A stretch of 64,000 nucleotides of DNA from Candidatus Tyrphobacter sp. (GTDB lineage: Bacteria > Vulcanimicrobiota > Vulcanimicrobiia > Vulcanimicrobiales > Vulcanimicrobiaceae). Location of the stretch: NCBI GenBank assembly GCA_036567865.1, contig DATCTQ010000023.1:15995-79994 (forward strand). Reading direction: 5' to 3'. Positions 38,435 through 47,571 of the stretch are shown in pieces (position 1 is the stretch's first letter; each line of letters opens with the position of its first letter). The translations under genes were made by a program, and so were the position numbers. A model generated the notes under the pieces. The model was not told where the DNA came from, did no database searches, and saw only the letters and a list, made by a program, of their open reading frames with translations.

Positions 38435-39037
38435 ATGCCGATCGAAGAGCACGTCGTTCCCTTCGAGCCGATCGAGTCGCGCGGCGACGGCGAGGCGTTG
38501 CATGCCGCCGCCGAGCGTATCGCGCGCGCGGTCGAAGCGCTGCTTTTCGTCGCGAGCGAGCCATTGGAGACAAAGCGTATCGCGAAACTCGTGGGCGAGG
38601 ACGAAAAGGCCGTGGCACTCGCGCTACAGCGCCTCGAAGAAGAGTACGCGGAACGCGGCATCGTCGTCCGCGAGGCCGGCGGCGGTTACCGCTTCGCCAC
38701 GTCGCCGCTCGTGCGGTCCGCGGTCGAGGCCTACCTGCTGCCGCCGAAGACAACCCTCTCGGTGCAGGCGCTCGAAACGCTGGCGATCGTCGCGCACATG
38801 CAGCCGGTGACGAAGAGTGAGATCGAATCCATTCGCGGCGTGAACTCCGACAGCGTCGTCTCTACGTTGCTCGATCGCAATCTCATCGCGGAAACCGGGC
38901 GCAAGGACGTCGTCGGACGCCCGATGCTCTACTCGACGACGCCGCTGTTCTTGGAGTCTTTCGGATTGCGTTCGCTCGAAGATCTTCCGCCGCTCGAACT
39001 CGAACCCGGTCAACCACTCGAACTCAACCTGCCGTGA
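38435..39037 (+). CDS. scpB: segregation and condensation protein B
   Basis: VEALLFVASEPL, GGGYRFAT, ETLAIVAHMQPVTKSEIESIRGV. Confidence 0.9.
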   Translation: MPIEEHVVPFEPIESRGDGEALHAAAERIARAVEALLFVASEPLETKRIAKLVGEDEKAVALALQRLEEEYAERGIVVREAGGGYRFATSPLVRSAVEAYLLPPKTTLSVQALETLAIVAHMQPVTKSEIESIRGVNSDSVVSTLLDRNLIAETGRKDVVGRPMLYSTTPLFLESFGLRSLEDLPPLELEPGQPLELNLP

Positions 39038-39882
39038 GGATCGGTCTCCACGTGCGCGTCGGCGGCGGGTACGCAGCCGCGGTCGCACGCGCGAAAGCGG
39101 TCGGCTGCACCGCGATTCAGGTCTTCTCGAGCAATCCGCGCAGCTATCGCACCGCGGCAATGAACGTCGCGGCGCTCGACGAGTTTGCAGCGTTACGGCG
39201 CGAAGCGGGCATCGACCCCTGCGTGACGCACACGCCCTACCTCATCAACCTCGCGAGCGATGATCTCAAGATCTATCAGGGCTCTCTGCGTCTGCTCGAA
39301 AACGATCTTGCGGTTGCAGCGCGCGGCGGCATTCGCTACGTGAACACGCACCTCGGCTCATACGGGAAGCGCGATCGGAAGGCGGGCTTCGACGCCATCT
39401 GTCGCGCGCTCGAAACGGCGCTCGCGGCGATCCAACCCGGCGTCTACCTCGTGATGGAAAACTCGGCGGGGGCGGGAAGCCTCGCGGGCGGTACGCTCGA
39501 GGAGTTGGGTCGCTTCGTCGCGGTGCTCGACCATCCGCAACTCGGCGTCTGTCTCGATACCGCTCACGCGTGGGCCGCCGGCTACCAAATCGACTCCCAG
39601 GCGGGCGTCGACCGCTTCCTTTACGAGGCCGCGGAATGCATCGGCTTCGATCGCATCCACATGTTCCATTTCAATGACACGGAGGTGCCGCTCGGAGGAA
39701 ATCGCGATCGGCACTGGCACATCGGCGAAGGCAACATCGGTATCGAAGGTTTTCGCGCATTGCTCGTCCGTCCGGAGTTGCGCGAGAAGACCGCGATTTT
39801 GGAAACCCCGGGCGACGAAGCGGATGACGAACGCAACATGCAGACGATTCTGACGATCGCACGCGGCGGCGCCGCCGTGTAA
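39034..39882 (+). CDS. nfo: deoxyribonuclease IV (endonuclease IV)
   Basis: IGLHV, IQVFSSNPRSY, HTPYLINLAS, NTHLGSY, CLDTAH, HFND. Confidence 0.9.
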   Translation: MRIGLHVRVGGGYAAAVARAKAVGCTAIQVFSSNPRSYRTAAMNVAALDEFAALRREAGIDPCVTHTPYLINLASDDLKIYQGSLRLLENDLAVAARGGIRYVNTHLGSYGKRDRKAGFDAICRALETALAAIQPGVYLVMENSAGAGSLAGGTLEELGRFVAVLDHPQLGVCLDTAHAWAAGYQIDSQAGVDRFLYEAAECIGFDRIHMFHFNDTEVPLGGNRDRHWHIGEGNIGIEGFRALLVRPELREKTAILETPGDEADDERNMQTILTIARGGAAV

Positions 39883-39883
39883 G

Positions 39884-40945
39884 ATGTTCGTCGCACATTT
39901 CGACGTCGACGCTTTCTACGCGAGCGTCGAGATTCGCGACGATCCGAGCCTGCGCGGCAAGCCGCTCGCAGTCGCGGGCAGCAGTCGACGCGCGGTCGTG
40001 CTCACCGCGTCGTACGAAGCCCGGCCGTACGGCGTCCGATCTGCGGTGCCGCTCTATCGCGCCCTCGAGGCTTGCCCGCAACTCGTGGTCGTCCCGCCGC
40101 ACATGGCGAAGTATAAGGCGGTGTCGCGCGAGATTTTCGAAGTTTTTGCTTTGCGCGGACTTCCGGTCGAAGGGCTCTCGCTCGACGAAGCCTTCATTGC
40201 TCTCGGCGACGTGACGTTTGACGGCGCGTGCGAGATCGCGCACGCGATTCGAGAGGAAGTCTTCGCCACGACGCGGCTGACGGTCAGCGCCGGCGTCGCG
40301 AGCGGGAAGATGGTGGCGAAGATCGCGTCGGACTCGTGCAAGCCCGACGGCTTGCTCGGCGTCGTGCCCGGGACCGAAGGCACATTCTTGGCGCCGTTGC
40401 CGGTCGCACGCCTCTGGGGGATCGGGCCGAAGACGCAAGCGAAGCTCGAACGCGCCGGCATCGCCACCGTCGGACAACTTGCAGCGCTGGACGATGCGTC
40501 GCTGCGCGAGTTCTTCGGCTCGTGGAGCGCACGAGTGCGCGACCTCGCGCGAGGCCTCGACGATCGCCGCGTCGCGCCCGAACGCGAAACGAAGTCGATT
40601 TCGAGCGAGGAAACGTTCGAGTACGACGTACGCGATGAGTCACGGTTGATCGCGTTGCTGCGCGAGCAGGCTTGCGAGATCGCCGCGGCGCTCGAGCGCG
40701 AGGATTCCAGCGCGCAGACCATCGGCATCAAGATCAAGCGCTCGACCTTTGAAATCCTCGGCCGCCAGACGCATCTCACCGAGCCGACCCGCGATGCGCG
40801 CCGGATCTTTCGCGCAGCCGTGTACTGTCTTCGCCGTGCGGAATTGAACGGTGCACCGGTTCGACTCTTGGGCCTACGCGTCGCCTCGCTGGTCGCGGGC
40901 GAGCCGAAACAAACCGGGCTCTTCGAGCGCAACCTTCAGACGTGA
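39884..40945 (+). CDS. dinB: DNA polymerase IV
   Basis: FDVDAFYASVE, SLDEAF, SAGVASGKMVAKIASD, LWGIGPKT. Confidence 0.9.
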   Translation: MFVAHFDVDAFYASVEIRDDPSLRGKPLAVAGSSRRAVVLTASYEARPYGVRSAVPLYRALEACPQLVVVPPHMAKYKAVSREIFEVFALRGLPVEGLSLDEAFIALGDVTFDGACEIAHAIREEVFATTRLTVSAGVASGKMVAKIASDSCKPDGLLGVVPGTEGTFLAPLPVARLWGIGPKTQAKLERAGIATVGQLAALDDASLREFFGSWSARVRDLARGLDDRRVAPERETKSISSEETFEYDVRDESRLIALLREQACEIAAALEREDSSAQTIGIKIKRSTFEILGRQTHLTEPTRDARRIFRAAVYCLRRAELNGAPVRLLGLRVASLVAGEPKQTGLFERNLQT

Positions 40946-41898
40946 TCGGTCGACCAGACTCCGTCGGCGGGCGAGGGGCGTTCGGAGAGCGCGCACCAGC
41001 GCTTCCCTAACTCCGAGAGCGGCGCGATCATGAAGATCGCGTTTCGCCGTTCGCGAAGCAAGCTGCGCGGGAGCAGGCGGCGCGCGCCATCGGGCGGCAG
41101 CCAACCGGAAATGCGGCGCAGGTCACCCGCGGCGCCGCGCAGCAACGCGGGGACGAGCGCGTCGGCGCCGTTGCCGGCGAAGCCGAATTCGTCGAGGGCG
41201 TACGTGTCGCGCTCGGGGATGCGCATCCCAAACGCGTACGCGAACGCCCCGCGGCCGTTGCGCACGACGAAGTGCGCATCGGCGCCGCGCGTGTGCTCCG
41301 ATCCGTGACGCAAACGCATCCGAATCCATTCCCAGACGAGCGGCGTACGCGTGAAACTCCAGGCGCGGGTACGATCGAGCATCGAAAAGCAGCGGCGGAT
41401 CCCGTCCCAGTCGCGCTCTTCCAACCGCGCGATCTGGACGCGCCCCGCCGCCAAATCATCCGCGCGCAGCGTCACGACACGCGAGGGCTGCAGCCGAAAG
41501 CCCAACTCTTCGTAGAAGCGCGGACGAATGTCGGAGAATAAGTACACGGCATCGTATCCGTCTGCACGCGCTGCGTCGAGCAGCATGCCGAGCATGGCAG
41601 TCGCGTAGCCGCGTCCGCGCAACGGCTCGGGCGTGAAGACGGCCCCGACACCACAGACGCGCAGACGGCGCGCGCCCAGGCGAACGGTGCGTTCGTAGCG
41701 CTTGCACGACGACGTCAGCGCTCCGTCGTCGTCGTACAGGCCGAGCGTGCGGTAGTAGCGCCGGCCATATCCGCTCTGCGCGATCTCGAGCGTCTGCGTG
41801 ACGTAGGTATCGAGATTCCGCCGCCCCGCCCAGAGTTTCGCCGAAAGCGGCAGTACGAGGCGCGCATATTCCATCGGCGAGATTGCGCGCAAATCCAT
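40936..41898 (-). CDS. GNAT family N-acetyltransferase with extra C-terminal domain
   Basis: 320 aa. Acetyl-CoA motif GVGAVFTPEPLRGRGYATAML. It lies 7 nt downstream of the helicase gene on the same strand. Confidence 0.75.
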   Translation of the reverse strand: MDLRAISPMEYARLVLPLSAKLWAGRRNLDTYVTQTLEIAQSGYGRRYYRTLGLYDDDGALTSSCKRYERTVRLGARRLRVCGVGAVFTPEPLRGRGYATAMLGMLLDAARADGYDAVYLFSDIRPRFYEELGFRLQPSRVVTLRADDLAAGRVQIARLEERDWDGIRRCFSMLDRTRAWSFTRTPLVWEWIRMRLRHGSEHTRGADAHFVVRNGRGAFAYAFGMRIPERDTYALDEFGFAGNGADALVPALLRGAAGDLRRISGWLPPDGARRLLPRSLLRERRNAIFMIAPLSELGKRWCALSERPSPADGVWSTDHV

Positions 41899-41904
41899 GA
41901 CCGC

Positions 41905-43965
41905 TCAGCGCAGTTCTTCGAGAAACTCGGGAGCACTCGTGCCTCGCGTCGCCCGGCCCCATGCGGTGACGGATAGCGACCGTTTCGCGCGGTGCAACGC
42001 GTAGTCGAACGTACGGCGCTCCTGCGTATTGTAGCGATCGCGCGCTCTCACGCGATGAACGTAGTACGTGAACTTCGCGGTACGCGCGGCCTTCGCATCG
42101 CCGACGTTGTCCTTCGGAACGATGCCGAGCCTTGGGCTGAAAAGGAATGCGTCCGGTGCGTACCAGCGGGGGAATGCGCCGGGCCGAACGTTTGCGACGA
42201 TCACGTGATCGAAGGCGCGTCCTCGCGCGGATTCAACGTCGAGCAGGTGCACGAATCCGTCGCCTTCGACCGGCGAGCAGGCTTCGAGATCGCTCGTCGC
42301 GCGGCGTTCGGCATCCGCGAGCACGTGCGCGAGCGTCGCATCGGCATGGGTTTGGAGAAACGCGTTGAGGCGCTCGAGCAGGCGATGCAGAATCGATTCC
42401 TGAGCGCGCGCCCGTGCCGATCCCGGCGTGCCCTCGCGTGCCAGCCCCTCGCTCCAGATCAGACGCGCGAACTCCTCAAAGGGTAACCCGCGCTGCGCCT
42501 CGATCCACCCCTCACGCAGCGCGCGAAGGCGTTGCACGCGGGCGCGTGCCGTCTCCGAGAGCGCGTCGTCGCACCGGCCCTGCAAGAAGTTCAAACCCAG
42601 GCGTTTGTTGCGCTCGGGATCTCGCTCTCTTACGGCGGAAGGCGCGCGCGGAGTTTCTTCTTCGAAGAGCACGGTCTGGCGGTCTGCCGGTTCTCCGCAG
42701 AGCACGGCAAGCGAGGCATCGGACAAGCCCATCGCGGGATTTTCAAGCGTGCGGAGCAACCAATCGTGGCGAAAGGGATCGTGGAGGTTCCAGATCAGCG
42801 CGAGTGCATCGAGCGCGCGACGATCTGCGAAGAGGTTGTAATCACCGGCGATCTGCACGGGGATACCGCGATCGAGCAGCGCGTTCTCGTAGACGGTCGC
42901 TGCGCTGACGGAGCGCAGGAGGACCGCGATCTCCTCCGGTGGCGCGCCGTCGCGCAGAAGATCCGCTACGTGGCCGGCGATCTCGTTTGCCTCTCGATCT
43001 TGCGATGCCGGACGCGATACCGCGGCGTGCGGCGCCTGCCGGTATCTCTGCGTGAGTTCGACGCGTTGTGCGACGGCCTCGAGGGTCGCAAAGACGCGCT
43101 CGCGACGTGCGTCGGCGCGGAGTTCGCCCGATGGATCGCCGGCGAACGTGACGCCGGCGAAGCCTTTGCCGTAGATCGCCTGCAGGAAGTGCAGTTCGCC
43201 GGTCGTGAGGTCTTGCGCGTCGTCGACGAATGCAAGCGCGTAACGCGAGCGGATGCGGGTGGCCGGCGCCGGATCGGCGCGCAGGCGTTCGATGACGAGC
43301 GCAAGCGCATCGCGGCCGGTCACGCAACCCTGTTCCTGCGTGCGGCGAGCGTAGGCGCGGAAGAGTTGCGCGAGCAGCTTGGCGAGATCGACTTCGCGCC
43401 GGTACTGCCGCTGCAACTCCGGTTTCGAAGCCGCAAGGGAGTCGCGGTACTCGCTCTTCGTCGCATACATCAAATCGGGATGGGCGAGATTGGGCGGGTT
43501 CGCGTAGAACTCGGTGGCGCCCGCAAGCGCGCGTTCTAGGAATGCATCGGGAGAGATCAGTGCATCGCTCAGCCTGCGGGCGAGACGAAACGCCGAATCG
43601 AGGAAGCGCTGCGGCGAACGCAGGCCCGGAACCTCGGGGTCGATCTGGAGGTCGAGTAACTCCGACTCCATCGCGAGCAGAGGTGCCGCGGCCGCTTCGA
43701 ACAGTGCTTCCGCCTCGACGTCGTCGACGAGTCGAACCGCTTCGCCGGCCTCGTGCAGCACCTCGAGCGCGAGCGCGTGGATTTGCGGCGGTGCCGGCGC
43801 TTTGACGCCCGCGACGAAGGCTCCACCGAACGCTCGCGCGCGCTCGATGCGCGCGCATAGCGCCGTCGTCTTGCCGGTTGCCGCCGCCCCGACGATCGCA
43901 AGCGCATCTTCGAAAGAGGCCTCGACCGCTCGCTGCTGCGCCGGGTCGAGCATCGTCGCGATCAC
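41905..43965 (-). CDS. UvrD/REP-family (AddA-like) helicase without nuclease domain, divergent motifs
   Basis: Walker A VGAAATGKTT, motif II AFVDDAQDLT, LTQRYRQ, late motif ESARGRAFDHVIVANV. GTG at 43965 overlaps the nuclease stop; an alternative ATG is at 43953. The Arg-rich upstream part of ORF 41905..44286 is rejected. Confidence 0.8.
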   Translation of the reverse strand: MIATMLDPAQQRAVEASFEDALAIVGAAATGKTTALCARIERARAFGGAFVAGVKAPAPPQIHALALEVLHEAGEAVRLVDDVEAEALFEAAAAPLLAMESELLDLQIDPEVPGLRSPQRFLDSAFRLARRLSDALISPDAFLERALAGATEFYANPPNLAHPDLMYATKSEYRDSLAASKPELQRQYRREVDLAKLLAQLFRAYARRTQEQGCVTGRDALALVIERLRADPAPATRIRSRYALAFVDDAQDLTTGELHFLQAIYGKGFAGVTFAGDPSGELRADARRERVFATLEAVAQRVELTQRYRQAPHAAVSRPASQDREANEIAGHVADLLRDGAPPEEIAVLLRSVSAATVYENALLDRGIPVQIAGDYNLFADRRALDALALIWNLHDPFRHDWLLRTLENPAMGLSDASLAVLCGEPADRQTVLFEEETPRAPSAVRERDPERNKRLGLNFLQGRCDDALSETARARVQRLRALREGWIEAQRGLPFEEFARLIWSEGLAREGTPGSARARAQESILHRLLERLNAFLQTHADATLAHVLADAERRATSDLEACSPVEGDGFVHLLDVESARGRAFDHVIVANVRPGAFPRWYAPDAFLFSPRLGIVPKDNVGDAKAARTAKFTYYVHRVRARDRYNTQERRTFDYALHRAKRSLSVTAWGRATRGTSAPEFLEELR

Positions 43966-44906
43966 CGGCCGAATCGTTCGCCGTCCGGCGGCGGGCGGCG
44001 CGAGCACGCGGTCGTGTAGGCGCAGAAGTAGCACGCTTCGGGATCCTCGGTAACCGGAAACGCGCGCGCCTCCGGGGCGGTCAGTTCTCTGCAGATATCG
44101 AGCATGCGGGTCCTCGCGCGCTCGAGGTCCGCGACCGACACGGTGCCGATCGGCGCGGCGCCGCGCGCGGGAGCCGCCGGCACCGGAACCACCTCCAACA
44201 CGACCGGGCGCACCTCGAGGAGCGCATCCTTCAGCGGCAGCAGCACGAGGCGTGCGACGCGATCCCCCGCAGCCGTGCGCACCCAATAGTAGAAGGGCAG
44301 TTGGAAATCGTCGAAATCGCGAATTTTCTCGAGATATTGCGTCGCGCTCGTCGCGATCGTTCCCGTCTTGTAGTCGACGACGCTCACCGCGCCGGTGTCG
44401 TCGTTACGATCGAGGCGGTCGATGAAGCCGATGAAGGCGAAGCCCTCCAGTTCGAGTTGAGCGGGCAGCTCCCGGCCGATCACGGTGAACGGGGCGCGCG
44501 CCGATTCCGCTGCCAGCCACTCGACGTACCGCCGGCCCGTCCGCCTCGCCCGCCGCACTTGCAACTCGAACTCGACGGCGGTAGGGAACCCGTCGCGATT
44601 CTCGGCGAAGGCGTTCTCGATTTCGCGCTCGAGATCGCGGTGCATCGCTGCAGCCTCGTCGGCGCGCGGCCGGATGTAGCGCTCGTGGAAGCGCTCGAGG
44701 GCAAGATGGAAGGCGGTTCCATACGCGGATGCCGCCGAGCCGGGGTCTTCGATCGCGGCGCAGACATAGCGGTAAAACCACTTGCGTTGGCATTCGGCGT
44801 ATGCGTTGAGTGCGGAGGCGCTGAAGTGCGGGCGCCGCGCGCGCACGCTGCCGCGCGTCTCCGGTTCGACCGCCTCCGCCAAGGCGAACCGCGCACCTGC
44901 CGTCAC
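43962..44906 (-). CDS. PD-(D/E)XK nuclease, Cas4/AddB-type with Fe-S cysteines
   Basis: GFIDRLDRNDDTGAVSVVDYKTG nuclease core and QLPFYYW motif. One N-terminal Cys (YAECQRKW) plus C-terminal CYFCAYTTAC, a C...CX2CX5C arrangement. Confidence 0.75.
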   Translation of the reverse strand: MTAGARFALAEAVEPETRGSVRARRPHFSASALNAYAECQRKWFYRYVCAAIEDPGSAASAYGTAFHLALERFHERYIRPRADEAAAMHRDLEREIENAFAENRDGFPTAVEFELQVRRARRTGRRYVEWLAAESARAPFTVIGRELPAQLELEGFAFIGFIDRLDRNDDTGAVSVVDYKTGTIATSATQYLEKIRDFDDFQLPFYYWVRTAAGDRVARLVLLPLKDALLEVRPVVLEVVPVPAAPARGAAPIGTVSVADLERARTRMLDICRELTAPEARAFPVTEDPEACYFCAYTTACSRRPPPDGERFGR

Positions 44907-44952
44907 ACCGCGCCTTTTCTTGGCGCGCAGCCAGGCGCCTCTCCAGTCTGCG

Positions 44953-44958
44953 TATAAT
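44953..44958 (+). promoter_or_regulatory. perfect -10 hexamer upstream of ubiX
   Basis: TATAAT ends 10 nt before the ubiX ATG. No convincing -35 box or SD. Implies a very short or absent leader. Confidence 0.3.
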
Positions 44959-44968
44959 CGCGGCGGAT

Positions 44969-45535
44969 ATGCGGCGCATCGTGGTCGGAATCACCGGAGC
45001 GAGCGGCAGCGTTTACGGATATATGGCGCTGCAAGCGCTGCGTGCGATCGGCGGCGTCGAGACACATCTCGTCCTCACGGGCGCGGCGCGGCGTACGATC
45101 GTACTCGAAACCGAGATGAGTCCGGGAGATTTCGAATCGCTCGCCGACGTCGTTCACAAAGAAGACGATCTTGCCGCGGCGATTTCCAGCGGATCGTTCA
45201 TTACCGACGGAATGATGGTGATCCCGTGCTCGATGAAGAGCGCGAGTGCGATTGCCTACGCGTTCAACAACAACCTGCTCGTACGAGCCGCCGACGTCTG
45301 CTTGAAGGAAGGACGCCGCCTCGTCCTCGTCGTGCGCGAGACGCCGCTGCACCTCGGCCACCTGCGCACCCTCGCGCAGCTCGCCGAGATCGGCGCAGTG
45401 ATCCTGCCGCCGATCCCCGCGATGTATGCCAATCCGCAGTCGATCGACGACATCGTCGCGCATACCGTCGGGAAGACTTTAGATCAGTTCGGCATCGCCA
45501 ACGAATTGTTCAAGCGCTGGCGCTCGCCAAGTTGA
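44969..45535 (+). CDS. ubiX: flavin prenyltransferase UbiX
   Basis: IVVGITGASG, MMVIPCSMKS, LVLVVRETPL, AVILPPIPAMY. Confidence 0.9.
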   Translation: MRRIVVGITGASGSVYGYMALQALRAIGGVETHLVLTGAARRTIVLETEMSPGDFESLADVVHKEDDLAAAISSGSFITDGMMVIPCSMKSASAIAYAFNNNLLVRAADVCLKEGRRLVLVVRETPLHLGHLRTLAQLAEIGAVILPPIPAMYANPQSIDDIVAHTVGKTLDQFGIANELFKRWRSPS

Positions 45536-45557
45536 GTTATACTGAGTTTAGGCGCTG

Positions 45558-45587
45558 TTGACTAAGATAGATAAGATACAATAAGAT
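45558..45587 (+). promoter_or_regulatory. promoter candidate with three TAAGAT direct repeats
   Basis: TTGACT, 18-nt spacer, TAAGAT. TAAGAT occurs at 45563, 45572 and 45582 (9-10 bp phasing). The -10 box ends 8 nt before the GTG at 45596. Confidence 0.35.
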
Positions 45588-45595
45588 TGCCATAG

Positions 45596-46766
45596 GTGGA
45601 CCCCGTTAAGAACCCCTTCAACCCAGGAGCGGGAACTCGCCCGCCGGCTCTTGTGGGTCGCGATGAGCTTCTCTCGACCTTTGACCGTGACCCTGAAGCG
45701 TGCCATCACTGGCCGACCAGGCAAAAGCATTATGCCCACGGGGCTGCGGGGCGTTGGAAAGACCGTGCTCCTCAATCGCTTTGGAGAGCAGGCAACAGCC
45801 GCCGGATATGTCAGCGCGTCGATTGAAGCACCCGAAAGTGGAAATCTACCGGGGCTCCTAGCCTCGTAGCTCCGCTCAGTGCTGTTCGAGCTTGATAGGC
45901 TGGGCGCGCTCTCCGACGCCGTAAAGCGCGGGTTGCGAGTTCTCAAGAGCTTCAGTATAACGCCCCGAACTGACGGAATGCCGACCTTTGAGATATCCAT
46001 TGACCCGGAACTCGGGCGGGCAGATTCGGGGGACCTCGGCCGAGATATCGGGGACCTAATCGTCGCAGTCGGCGAGGCCGCTCGCGATCGTGGCCGTGGC
46101 CTGTTGATATCCATTGATGAGATCCAATATCTAAATGAGCTCGAGCTGGGAGCTCTCATATCAGCGGTTCATCGAACGACGCAGCTCACGCTTCCCGTTG
46201 TGCTTGTCGGAGCCGGCCTTCCGCAGATTGCCGCCCTTGCCGGCGAAGCAAAGTCTTATTCAGAGAGGCTTTTCAACTTTCCGCGCGTGGATTCGCTCGA
46301 TGATCCGGAGGCGCGGGAGGCAATCGAAAGGCCCGCTGTCGACGCAGGCGTACGGTTCGACCGCGCCGCCCTGGATGAGATAGTGCGGCTGACGCATGGT
46401 TACCCGTATTTTCTTCAAGAATGGGCGTACCATGTTTGGAATCACGCTACCAGATCACCAATCACATTGGCGGATATCAGGAATGTAGAGGCGCCAGTCC
46501 TGGAACAACTGGACAATAATTTCTTCAAAGTCAGGTTCGATCGCCTAACACCGACGGAGAAGCGCTACTTACGCGCCATGGCATCGCTCGGTTCAGGCTC
46601 GCATCGTTCGGGAGAAATAGCCGAAAGATATGGCGCGAAGGTCGAGTCTGTAGCTCCGATGCGGTCAGGCTTGATTCGGAAAGGAATGATCTTCAGTCCA
46701 CAGCATGGCGAAACGGCGTTTACTGTTCCGCTGTTCGACGAGTTCATGATGAGAGTTATGCCGTAG
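45596..46766 (+). pseudogene. decayed AAA+ ATPase (archaeal-ATPase/ORC-like with C-terminal winged helix)
   Basis: Three consecutive ORFs (45596, 45651, 45879) read as one protein. The order is NPFNPGAGTRPPALVGRDELL, a frameshift near 45680-45695, Walker A GLRGVGKTVLL, an in-frame TAG at 45867-45869, Walker B LLISIDEIQYL, then a wHTH tail. The region has visibly lower GC. Confidence 0.7.
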
Positions 46767-46788
46767 CCCGAGTTCTGGGCCCGATCCG

Positions 46789-47571
46789 CTAACGGCTCCG
46801 CCGCGATTCCGCGCCATATTCTTTTGTCGTAACCAGCCTCTCCGCCAGGGCGACGTCGCTTGCACGATCGACGTTAACGGCGGTTTCCGCATAGGGAGAG
46901 ATCACCGCGCGCACTTGCGCGCCGAGGAGTTCTCGAGCGCGTGCCTCCGCGTCGGCGATCGAGAGGCGTCCCAGCGCGTACTTCGCCAGCACGCGGAAGC
47001 CGAAGAGCGAGGCGAGGCGCCACGGCTTCTTTCGCGCGGCGCCGAGTCGTTCGATGAAGCGCTCGAGCGCGGGGAGCACGCGCGGGCGCAGCGCGACGAG
47101 GCCGCCGCCGCAGAAGACACCGTCGCGCAGGCGTGCCCAGGTGTGCGGCACCTCCGCGTACTTCGCACGATGGACGCTTCGCTCGACGCAGCCGTAGCCG
47201 ATCTCGCCGTCGAGCGCGAGCGCGCGCGCCGCGAAATCGTCGATCGCGCCGGGTGTGAGAATGGGCAGATCCGACGTTGCGACGAGCACGAGTTCGTTCA
47301 CGGGCAACCCCTCGAGGCCGCTTCGCAGGCTCTCGCTGATGCGAATGCCGTCGGGGCGGCATTCGTCGGCGAGCGCGAGCGCGGCATCGCCGCGCATCGC
47401 GGAGGGCGCAACGGCGATGATCCGATCGACGGCGGAGGATGCGCGCAAGGCCGTCAGCACGCGTTCGACGAGCGTTCGACCCGCGACACGCACGAAGGCT
47501 TTGTTTGGAGCGCCCGGCTGCAGCGCGGAGACGTCGTCCGGCGGTCCGCCCGCGAGCACGACGGCGATCAT
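46789..47571 (-). CDS. MobA-like nucleotidyltransferase family protein
   Basis: Internal ATG at 47571 (ATGA overlap with the ispE stop). MIAVVLAGGPPDD...NKAFVRVAGRTLVERV is an NTP-transferase N-terminus. Confidence 0.7.
   Translation of the reverse strand: MIAVVLAGGPPDDVSALQPGAPNKAFVRVAGRTLVERVLTALRASSAVDRIIAVAPSAMRGDAALALADECRPDGIRISESLRSGLEGLPVNELVLVATSDLPILTPGAIDDFAARALALDGEIGYGCVERSVHRAKYAEVPHTWARLRDGVFCGGGLVALRPRVLPALERFIERLGAARKKPWRLASLFGFRVLAKYALGRLSIADAEARARELLGAQVRAVISPYAETAVNVDRASDVALAERLVTTKEYGAESRRSR

Noticed and set aside
45596-45879. Programmed frameshift or readthrough in the AAA+ ATPase gene
   Set aside because: Two independent lesions (a frameshift and an in-frame TAG about 180 nt apart) in a compositionally foreign gene are better explained by decay. 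No slippery heptamer is evident at the shift site.
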